From the IMG/VR virus record IMGVR_UViG_3300037047_000283, positions 1-63,467 of that record: a DNA stretch of 63,467 bases; one strand, written 5' to 3'. Under the pieces are notes generated by a model. It worked only from the letters and a program-made list of their open reading frames with translations, searched no databases and was not told the origin of the DNA. Every line of letters begins with the position of its first letter. The first letter of the stretch is position 1. Of the stretch, positions 37,519-45,156 are shown one piece after another. The stretch is from a virus (taxonomy: Duplodnaviria > Caudoviricetes). A program made the translations under genes and the position numbers.

Positions 37519-37779
37519 ATGGATGAGACACAAAATCCCGCAGAGAGTAGCAAGTCCACTTTGAGCGATTGGTTAGTCCGATTTGGAGACAGGGAAGAAA
37601 CCATTTACAGCGTCGAATTGCACTTGTTGCGCCGTATTGCGGAAGCAAGCAGTGACATGTTAAAGGCGAGGCACTGGCCTGAATTTTGTGATGCTTGCGG
37701 TGGACAAGAAAAGCTGAACACGGCACACGCTGACACTGTTGCCGAATACAATCAATGGCTCTCTGATGGAGAGGGCTAA
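37519..37779 (+). CDS. cassette gene 4, hypothetical
   Basis: SD GGAGG and ATG in the attC loop; stop codon in TAAC. Confidence 0.65.
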   Translation: MDETQNPAESSKSTLSDWLVRFGDREETIYSVELHLLRRIAEASSDMLKARHWPEFCDACGGQEKLNTAHADTVAEYNQWLSDGEG

Positions 37780-37869
37780 CGCTTGAGCGTCACCGTTCGC
37801 GGGTTCTTTGCGGTACGGTGCACAGCGTTGGTTATGCCAGCGCTGCAATTTAAGGAGGTAATAGAAATC

Positions 37870-38073
37870 ATGCCTGAACAAGAATATGATCTGAGACCCG
37901 TTGGTGTTCGATATGTTTGTGATAAGTGCGGAGTTGGCGTAATGACTCCTACTGGAACGATGCTTTGTAGTTATCCTCCACAGTGGCCGCATAAATGTGA
38001 CCATTGCGGAATCATCGAGAACATGCAGGAGAAATACCCAACTGTAAGATACCGGATGCCTGCTGGTTTATAG
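37870..38073 (+). CDS. cassette gene 5, zinc ribbon
   Basis: CDKCG..SYPPQWPHKCDHCG; SD AAGGAGG. Confidence 0.7.
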   Translation: MPEQEYDLRPVGVRYVCDKCGVGVMTPTGTMLCSYPPQWPHKCDHCGIIENMQEKYPTVRYRMPAGL

Positions 38074-38138
38074 CCATAACGATTGCGTTTGTGCGGCTCG
38101 TCCGCACCAGTGATTTTTTAGACCATTGAGGAGGATGT

Positions 38139-38411
38139 ATGCAGGATGTCACCAATAAAGGGAAAGAACTTATCGAACGGTGGAAGGATGCCACCAGAGG
38201 GGAAGAATCCGCTAAAGAGAAGCTACTAAAGGCGCAACGAGAACTACAAACGGCAGAAGAGCATCTTGCTCACTGGCTTCTACCTGAAGACGCCAAGGAT
38301 GGTGAGAAGTTTTGTGTCTGGTATGGCGACTCGTTGATTACCGCCTCGGAGAGTGATACCAACGGGTATGAAGTCACTGTACGAAAACGCGGAACAAGTT
38401 TGATGGTCTAA
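38139..38411 (+). CDS. cassette gene 6, hypothetical
   Basis: Flanked by TTAGACCA / TGGTCTAAC. Confidence 0.7.
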   Translation: MQDVTNKGKELIERWKDATRGEESAKEKLLKAQRELQTAEEHLAHWLLPEDAKDGEKFCVWYGDSLITASESDTNGYEVTVRKRGTSLMV

Positions 38412-38469
38412 CGGATTAAGCGTCACCCGTCTATCGGGCAAGCGGTGGTTAAACCGCGAAAGGATATTT

Positions 38470-38838
38470 ATGCAAGAAATGATTAGCAGGCTGAGAAGCT
38501 ATCAGAACGGAGTGCATGGCCCGTTCTTCCTCGAGGTCGCCGCAAAATTGGAACATATGTGGCGCAGTGCTCAACCGGTAATACCTGAAGGATGCAGACT
38601 GGTGATAGTTCCCCGTCAACCCACTGCTGACGAAACAGAGTATCGGGCGTATCTGGAGAAGTTACAACCTGACACCCTCCGAAATATGATCATTGACTTA
38701 TCGGCAGCACAGAGCGAGCAAGGGGAAGCTCTCCAACTGATTGCTGCGGCATCCCTCGGACAGACAGGGCCAGAGGCGCGAGGCCAGTTAGAGAAGGTCA
38801 AAAAGGTTGCAAAGGGCGCGTTGGCGGAGTCGGTTTAA
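38470..38838 (+). CDS. cassette gene 7, hypothetical
   Basis: Flanked by GTTAAACCG / CGGTTTAAC. Confidence 0.7.
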   Translation: MQEMISRLRSYQNGVHGPFFLEVAAKLEHMWRSAQPVIPEGCRLVIVPRQPTADETEYRAYLEKLQPDTLRNMIIDLSAAQSEQGEALQLIAAASLGQTGPEARGQLEKVKKVAKGALAESV

Positions 38839-39050
38839 CTACTGATTATACCGCCAGTTCGTCGGCCTAACGCTTATTTTAATAAACGGCGAATATCTAA
38901 GACAATCGCACAGTTAATTTTAGTTTCAGCGGATAACAAAATCACGAAAGACCGCCAATACTTGTGATATCATCGCGCCCGGCCACCGTGCCGGGCCTTC
39001 CCTCTCAGCGCCCCTGCGGCCTATTCCTTTCCCCTGCCAAGGAGTTTCCC

Positions 39051-39833
39051 ATGTCTACCTGCCCGTCATGCCAAGCTGTCGTCAAGAAAGGTTCCAGCTT
39101 TTGCTGCTACTGTGGACACCAGCTCCCGGTCGTCGTCGGTGTATCTTATCCCTACGGCATCCGGTTTCCGTCCGCTCACGGCGATGCAGCAGTCGTCGCT
39201 CTGGCTCGCACCGCTCCGAGGTATTCTCTCGACGTTTCCCTTGGTGGAGTATTCCATGTTGCCCTCTTCGACCGCCTGACGCTGCCGAAGCTGGCCGACC
39301 TCCATCGGGTGGCGTTCCTTGCCTTGCCTCGCGGCTCCATCATGCATACTGTCGACGGCAGGACGTTCTTTGGCGGCTCCTCGTTCTGGGCCTGCATGTC
39401 CCGGCGGCTGAATGATGAGGGAGTCTTCGACGGCGAGGTCGAGCACTGGACCGCTCGCTGCCATTCCTTTTTCGGCTGCATCTCGGCGCAGAAGCGGCAG
39501 CATGCGATGTATCACCGCGAGGGGTGGGAGGTGTTCTATCCGGGCCGGCATGGACGCTTTGCGGACTCCGTGAGCGGCGACGAGGCGAACCCTTGCCCGG
39601 AGGTCGATGCGGGTCGCCACCAGTTCTTCTACCCGGACCGGGCGAAGATACAGGCCGAGGTGCTGCAGTTGGCGAAGCGCTCTGGCTGCAATCGGTGTCC
39701 GCTGTTCTCCCCGGCTTATCTGGCGCAGCAGATGAAGAAGATCCCGCTCGTGTTGGAGTTCGGCGTGACTCCGGATTGCGGCTGGTTCCGCTGTCAGCTG
39801 CATGGCGATGCGGCTTGGTTGCGGGTTTATTAA
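39051..39833 (+). CDS. zinc-ribbon-domain hypothetical protein
   Basis: SD AAGGAG; CPSC..FCCYCG N-terminus. Confidence 0.65.
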   Translation: MSTCPSCQAVVKKGSSFCCYCGHQLPVVVGVSYPYGIRFPSAHGDAAVVALARTAPRYSLDVSLGGVFHVALFDRLTLPKLADLHRVAFLALPRGSIMHTVDGRTFFGGSSFWACMSRRLNDEGVFDGEVEHWTARCHSFFGCISAQKRQHAMYHREGWEVFYPGRHGRFADSVSGDEANPCPEVDAGRHQFFYPDRAKIQAEVLQLAKRSGCNRCPLFSPAYLAQQMKKIPLVLEFGVTPDCGWFRCQLHGDAAWLRVY

Positions 39834-39847
39834 CAAGGAGGATTCAG

Positions 39848-40105
39848 ATGAAGATTGGCATTGGCTCTCTTGAGATTTCTAACGAGACTGGTATTGTGAC
39901 TTTTGATTGTGGCTGCCAGTTCGATCCTGAAACGTATGCGGTTGTCCCTTCGACTTCGTGCCGACCATATCCACGGCAAGAATCTGTGGAGCGTCATGAC
40001 GATGGGTCCCCTAAGTATGTTCGCGAGGCTATCCCTGCTCGGCATTCGATGGATGTGAGCTATTATTTCCAGCGCGGCAAAGAGATCATCGAGTCTTGCG
40101 GCTGA
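39848..40105 (+). CDS. hypothetical protein
   Basis: SD AAGGAGG; start MKIGIGS. Confidence 0.6.
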   Translation: MKIGIGSLEISNETGIVTFDCGCQFDPETYAVVPSTSCRPYPRQESVERHDDGSPKYVREAIPARHSMDVSYYFQRGKEIIESCG

Positions 40106-40191
40106 AACCACCAGTTTACGCGGGTTTCTTTTCTCTATTGAAGGGATGATCCTTCCGAATTCAGATGCGCCAGCGGGCGCCGGAGGTTGCT
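40104..40191 (+). repeat. leader element copy 5
   Basis: Same consensus; GCGCC-AGCG-GGCGC-CGGAGG. Confidence 0.9.
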
Positions 40192-40761
40192 ATGAAACGT
40201 CGCACTCAGAAGCGCGGGCCTTGCCCGATATGTGGTCAGCTCCATGCTCTTAATGCCGCCGGTCGCGTTGCCGACCACGGCTATACTGTTCTGTCTGGCT
40301 GGGGCTCTACGATGAACGCCTGCTCCGGCAGCCGGGCTCCGCACTTCGGTACCGAGAAGGGCCGCGATTGGCTGTCGAAGCAGATCGTTCGCTGGCAGGA
40401 GTCGATTGCTCGCTACGAACTGGTCCTCGCCGAAGGCACCGCGAAGGCTCCGGTCGCGAAGTTGCAGCAGGATATCGCCGGCCTTCTCATGGCGATCGCC
40501 GAGTCCACTAAACGAATCGCCGCTTGGCAGCCTGTGGAGCCGGTTGAGGTCGTGATCGAGGACGTGGCTCCGACCGTTCATTTCGCTGCGAAGTCCTACG
40601 GGTACCGGGCGGCGATCTGCTGCGCCTCGGCAATGGGTGCTGCAAGATTTCGCGGCGTGACGTCGGCGGTTGCGGAGGAAGTCACTTGTTCCCGCTGCCT
40701 CAAGTCCTTGGCGCTCCGAGCCGAGCATGCGGCGAAGAAAGCGGCACGGGAGGCGTGCTAA
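40192..40761 (+). CDS. Cys/His-rich hypothetical protein
   Basis: G.CPIC..VADHGY..CSGS and VTCSRC motifs. Confidence 0.7.
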   Translation: MKRRTQKRGPCPICGQLHALNAAGRVADHGYTVLSGWGSTMNACSGSRAPHFGTEKGRDWLSKQIVRWQESIARYELVLAEGTAKAPVAKLQQDIAGLLMAIAESTKRIAAWQPVEPVEVVIEDVAPTVHFAAKSYGYRAAICCASAMGAARFRGVTSAVAEEVTCSRCLKSLALRAEHAAKKAAREAC

Positions 40762-40909
40762 TGTAAAAGGCCGGGGCATTGCGCTCCGGCCTCATATCTG
40801 CTATATTTTGACTTTGCACCACCACAGCGGAACATCGCTGGCCACGGGACGGTTTCGGACGTATGTGCGGAGCGGCTCGCAAGAGCATTGCACGCGGCAC
40901 TGTGGCAAC

Positions 40910-40945
40910 AAAAAAGCCTCCATCCTTTCGGGTGGGGGCTTTTTT
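40910..40945. terminator. bidirectional intrinsic terminator
   Basis: AAAAAAGCCTCCATCC-TTTC-GGGTGGGGGCTTTTTT between convergent units. Confidence 0.8.
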
Positions 40946-40950
40946 GTTTA

Positions 40951-43086
40951 TTAGGGCGCAAATTTGAACATTGTCTTCAGTCTGACTTCACTGGATCGGA
41001 CGGAGACCTCGAACACGCACTTGATCGTCCCATCCTTGTATTTTTTAAAAAATGCCACTGTCCTGTTGCCGTCTTTGGTCCGGGTCGCTTCACCGATCTT
41101 TATCGGGCGGCTGATGACTTCTGGTATTCTGGCGACATCCTCTTCTGTGATCTGGATCTGCTTCGCTTCTTTTTCTTTCTCCGCATCCCCGTGGTTATCA
41201 TCGACGTGCCGTATCCGCTCCCTCGTTACCTTGATCGTGTAGTTGTCGACCCTGATGCCGTTTGCGGCTTCTGAAATCTTCTGGGCTTCGGCGCGGCCTA
41301 TCATCCGAATGGTTACAGTTTTGTTCTCCGTCTCTTTGCGGCTCTGGTAGAGCTTTCGCAGTGAGGCGATGGTTCTTGCTACCTCTGGTGAGGCTGCAAA
41401 CTTTCCATCCCTGTCATGGTTTTTGTTGCTCTTCAAGAGGATGGCACCGTGGGCGATTTGCCGCGACTTCTTGACGTAGTGGATCTCTCCGAGAACGTGC
41501 CGGGGCTCCCCGCCTCTGACCTCCGCCTCGATCCGCTTCCGGGTGGCGGCTGCGGTCTCTCTCGGCTTCCGGGGCTTGCCGGCGACCTTCTTCTCTTCCT
41601 TCGCAGCATCCTTCCCCGGCTCGACCTTCTTCTTCGCCACCGTCCGCAGCAGCGCCATCGGGTGCCCGATGCGGCCCTTCGGCTTCTTGCCGTCGCCTGT
41701 GGCTGCCTTCCGCTTCCGCAGCAGCGCGACGAGGGCGTGGTGGTGTCCTTTGGGCGCTGCAGGCGTCTTCTTGGTGCGGCTGTCGTCGTGTTCGCGCACG
41801 ATGGTGCCGTCCTGTCGCGTGTAGGTCTTGACGTGGCTCTTGGCGATCGTCGCATTGCCGCGATTCTTCTTCTGCAGGTACCAACTCTCGAAACCGGTGA
41901 AAACGTGCAGGCTGCACATGCACCACGGATGAACCAACCCGGCCACAGCCTTGAGCGTCTCCTGCCCGTCCTCTCGGCCTCCCGGTACCGCCTTGCCGCC
42001 CTTCACCGGGTGCGCCTTGCGACCGATGTTCATGCCGTTGCCGATCAGCTCCGCGAGGGTGAACACCTTCGGCGTGCCGTCCTCCTCCAGATACAGATGC
42101 TTGCACTGGGCGCAGGCCGTCGGCAGCGGCATTTTGTAGACCAACTGCTTCGGCCCGTGCTGCTCCAGTATCTGCATCGCCTGCCCTTGCTTCTGGGCGT
42201 CGGTGATCTCGAAGAAGGCGACCCGGTCCCAATCGCGGCTCTTGTCGTCCATCGCGTGATACAGCTCCGAGCTGAATCCCTGCCATGTGTTGACCTGCCG
42301 CTCCGGGATGGCGATGCCGAGCGCTTCCTTCTTCTCCCGGTCCAGCACCTTCGCTTGCAGTCGCTGCTCGTGGAAGTCGATCGCCATGTTGCGGATGATG
42401 GTGCGGTTGCGTTCGGCGATGATCTCCCCGGCCAGCTTCGCCGTGTCGTCACCGAGTGCCGTGATGTAGTTCGCGGTCTGCTGCTCCGCGATGGCGATGG
42501 CGTGGACGTCCGGAGTCATCAGCGGCATGGTAGCGGCCAGCTTCATGATCTCGGCAAAGCTGCCGCCCTTCTCGACCGCCTGCCATGCCCGGCCAAAGGC
42601 GTAGGCGTTGTGGATGATGCGGCCTTCGGTTCCGACCGCCAGAGCGAAGTCCTGCGGGGTGACGTCCGGCGCGATCCAGCCTTCCGCCTGCCAGCGCGAG
42701 AGGAGGTCTTGCGGCGGGGTGTAGTCTCCCTGTATCTGCGCGGCGATGAATCCGAACCGGTCCCGGATGACTTGCAGCAGGTCGGCGATCTCTTCTTTTG
42801 TCAGGGGTCGGGTGGGACCGATGGACTTGATCAGCGCCGCTCCCTGCAGCCGTCGCTCGACCGCTTGCTTGATATCGATGGCGGCCAGAGCGTACTGGTG
42901 CCGGAACTGTCGCAGCAGTTCGCGGGTCGGTGCGTCCCGTGGCTCCTTCGGTCCGTCGCAGCTGCAGCCGGCGGCCTTGAGCAGCGCGTCCGCGACTTCG
43001 GCCTCAATCCCCTGTGCGGAGACGAGGCCGAGGACGGCTTTCTGGAGCTGGTCGTTGGTCAGGTTGTGGCTGATTTTGAGTTTCAT
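40951..43086 (-). CDS. MuF-like head morphogenesis protein fused to a C-terminal PBECR (RelE/colicin-fold) RNase-like domain
   Basis: ACAQC..HPWCMC (MuF-like); IRHVDDNHG..QI.IT.ED..RIPEVI..LKTMFK (PBECR3-like). Confidence 0.7.
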   Translation of the reverse strand: MKLKISHNLTNDQLQKAVLGLVSAQGIEAEVADALLKAAGCSCDGPKEPRDAPTRELLRQFRHQYALAAIDIKQAVERRLQGAALIKSIGPTRPLTKEEIADLLQVIRDRFGFIAAQIQGDYTPPQDLLSRWQAEGWIAPDVTPQDFALAVGTEGRIIHNAYAFGRAWQAVEKGGSFAEIMKLAATMPLMTPDVHAIAIAEQQTANYITALGDDTAKLAGEIIAERNRTIIRNMAIDFHEQRLQAKVLDREKKEALGIAIPERQVNTWQGFSSELYHAMDDKSRDWDRVAFFEITDAQKQGQAMQILEQHGPKQLVYKMPLPTACAQCKHLYLEEDGTPKVFTLAELIGNGMNIGRKAHPVKGGKAVPGGREDGQETLKAVAGLVHPWCMCSLHVFTGFESWYLQKKNRGNATIAKSHVKTYTRQDGTIVREHDDSRTKKTPAAPKGHHHALVALLRKRKAATGDGKKPKGRIGHPMALLRTVAKKKVEPGKDAAKEEKKVAGKPRKPRETAAATRKRIEAEVRGGEPRHVLGEIHYVKKSRQIAHGAILLKSNKNHDRDGKFAASPEVARTIASLRKLYQSRKETENKTVTIRMIGRAEAQKISEAANGIRVDNYTIKVTRERIRHVDDNHGDAEKEKEAKQIQITEEDVARIPEVISRPIKIGEATRTKDGNRTVAFFKKYKDGTIKCVFEVSVRSSEVRLKTMFKFAP

Positions 43087-45155
43087 TTGACCCCGTGGTG
43101 TTTCTCCGCTGCGTCGAATCCGATCCACTTGCCGTTGCTGTCGTGTCCCCGGTTCGCCAGTTCGTGCTTGGCGCGTTTGTTCAGGTCGAGGTGTCCCTTG
43201 GCTGCGGCGGAGAGGATGTTGTTGTGGACCGTCTGGATCTCGCCACCGATACCGTTTTCGATGTCATCTTCCGATTTGCGTCGGGCCTTCTCCTCTTTCG
43301 TTACCTTGTGGTGTTCATCGGCCTTATCGAATCCGACCCACTTTGCATCGCTGTCGAGACCGCGATTGGCCAGTTCGACCTTTGCCCGGCGGTTCAGGTC
43401 GTCTTTGCCCTGCGCTACTTTGGCGAGGTCGCGGGAGGAGGCACCAGAAATGGCGTACTTTGGGTTTTCGTCGTCCGGGAGGTTGGCCCAATGCTTGGAG
43501 TTGGCGTCTCCGTGGGGCGGGGCGTCACCTTTTGCTGTAGGAGCCTTTTTCTTTTTCTCTTTGGTCTGTTCAGCGTACATCCCGCGCTTATGGTGGCGGT
43601 CGGCCTCTTCTTTGCTATCGGCGTGGACGTTGCCGCTATGGTCCAGCCATGTCCTGTGGCCGGCTCCTTCTCTGACTTCTTCAAACTCTCGGACTGGGCG
43701 GTCGTCATGCATCGACCGGCCTTCTTTCCCTGTGCTGGAGTAGAGCTTCCCGGCATGGGTGAAGGTATTTGCCTTGCTGGCGTCCTTGTGGTCCATCTTT
43801 GTCGCAGTCCCGATAATGTTCGGGTGCTTCTGCCGGCTGTCGTCATGCTCCTTGACGGTCACGCTGGCGCCGCTGGCCGTGGTGCGCTGGTACGCCTTGA
43901 CGTGGCTCTTCAGCAGCATGGTCGCCGAGGTGATCTCTTCGCGCAGGCTCTTGGCGACCGGCGCCTTCTTGGTGACGGCGAGGGTGACGGCGACGTGGCC
44001 GGCGTTCTCCTTCTTGCCGAAGACCTTGGACCGGAGTTCGCTGTCGGTGCCGAGTATCTTCACGTCGAAACCTTCGCCGGCAAAGTAGTCAGCGTTGTGA
44101 CCGCCGGGACTCCATGCGGCCTTGTGGCGGGTCATTGCTTCGTCTTGGCCGTAGTAGAAGCTGTCATATACCGTCAGCGTCCCGTCGGCGTTGGCCTTGA
44201 CGCGACCGTTGCCGCCGGCAGCCGTGTATCCGAAGTCGGCGGATTCGAGGATCGTCTTGAGTTCTTTGGCTGCGGCTTTCGGCGAGGGGGACTTGGCTTT
44301 CGGCTGCTGGTTGTATTCGTCGTAGGCTTGCAGGTGCTTATCGCTGAACTGGCTGGCGAGGATCATGTTGCGGGCGGATGTCTTGTCCATACCGTTGGTA
44401 TCGACGATACGGTGCGTCTGCTTCACTTTGGCGACAAGGTCTTTCTTGCTCCAGCCATTCAGGGCGGTGAGCCGATCATGGATCTCGTCGTGCTTCGGTC
44501 CTTTGCCGGTATGGGCCGGTGCGGCAGGAGTTGCTGCGGGTGCAGGCGATTCCACTGAGGGCACCTGCGTTTCCTTCTGCTGCTTCGCGATATACCGGTT
44601 CTTGATGGCTCCCAGCAGGCCCACCAGCTTCTCTCGGCCAGACGCGGCGGCTCCGGTCTGGAGCTGGCTGATCAAGGCGATCGGGTCCATGCCCTTTTCG
44701 GCGGCCAGCGTCTCGATGTTGCGTTGCAGCGCGTGGCGGTCGGGGGTTTGCTCCTCCGGATCGGTAACGTCGGTCGCGATGGTGAGCATCTTGTCCTTGG
44801 CGTGCAGACGCAGACCTTCCGGGTGCGACGAGGTGGCGATGACGTGCCCTCCCTCGGTCTTCAGCGCATAGACCTTGCTACCGTCCGACAGCCTTGCGGT
44901 CTCCTTGATGTGGACGTTTTGACCGGTATGGGTGTGCTTTGCGTTTGCCGTAGCGACTTGCACCGCCCTTGGATTCTTCGCCGCAATCGTGCTCACCGTG
45001 CCGCGAGCGTTCGTCCGGGTGTAGCCGACGTGGTGCGGGTCGCCGAAGTCGAACTTGCCTTGCGACTTCTTGAGCAGCGCCCGGAGTTCGCCTTCCGTCT
45101 CTGCTGCCGCTTTCCGTAACTCGTCGCTGCTGATGCGTGCGCCCTTGTCTGCCAT
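43083..45155 (-). CDS. multidomain head-region protein with duplicated C-terminal ELANRG.D..KW.GF domain
   Basis: KSHVKAYQRTT motif; two tandem ~50-aa repeats at the C-terminus. Confidence 0.7.
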   Translation of the reverse strand: MADKGARISSDELRKAAAETEGELRALLKKSQGKFDFGDPHHVGYTRTNARGTVSTIAAKNPRAVQVATANAKHTHTGQNVHIKETARLSDGSKVYALKTEGGHVIATSSHPEGLRLHAKDKMLTIATDVTDPEEQTPDRHALQRNIETLAAEKGMDPIALISQLQTGAAASGREKLVGLLGAIKNRYIAKQQKETQVPSVESPAPAATPAAPAHTGKGPKHDEIHDRLTALNGWSKKDLVAKVKQTHRIVDTNGMDKTSARNMILASQFSDKHLQAYDEYNQQPKAKSPSPKAAAKELKTILESADFGYTAAGGNGRVKANADGTLTVYDSFYYGQDEAMTRHKAAWSPGGHNADYFAGEGFDVKILGTDSELRSKVFGKKENAGHVAVTLAVTKKAPVAKSLREEITSATMLLKSHVKAYQRTTASGASVTVKEHDDSRQKHPNIIGTATKMDHKDASKANTFTHAGKLYSSTGKEGRSMHDDRPVREFEEVREGAGHRTWLDHSGNVHADSKEEADRHHKRGMYAEQTKEKKKKAPTAKGDAPPHGDANSKHWANLPDDENPKYAISGASSRDLAKVAQGKDDLNRRAKVELANRGLDSDAKWVGFDKADEHHKVTKEEKARRKSEDDIENGIGGEIQTVHNNILSAAAKGHLDLNKRAKHELANRGHDSNGKWIGFDAAEKHHGVK

Positions 45156-45156
45156 G

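Larger units (their letters stand above)
36626..38855. mobile_element. array of 7 integron-type gene cassettes with 7 attC sites and a terminal attI-like site
   Basis: attC-like hairpins at 36626-36686, 36892-36968, 37236-37286, 37445-37578, 37774-37837, 38074-38123, 38406-38454; complementary cassette ends; more AT-rich than flanks. Confidence 0.85.

Noticed and set aside
36626-38454. attC hairpins as intrinsic terminators or REP elements
   Set aside because: They lack U-tracts (except partly at 38113), genes start inside two of them, and the per-cassette end complementarity is not explained by terminators or REPs
38833-38855. Terminal site as a Xer/dif site
   Set aside because: The spacer is 5 nt rather than 6 and there is no 11-bp XerD arm (TTATGTTAAAT)
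18407-40191. Repeated leader as a CRISPR array or c-di-GMP (GEMM) riboswitch
   Set aside because: Copies are kilobases apart with no spacer periodicity or cas genes, and the GEMM core motifs are absent
41416-43743. 775-aa plus-strand ORF and similar long antisense ORFs (30133-31890, 43095-44558, 53334-54599, 25755-26894)
   Set aside because: Shadow frames opposite well-supported genes in GC-rich DNA, with no motifs
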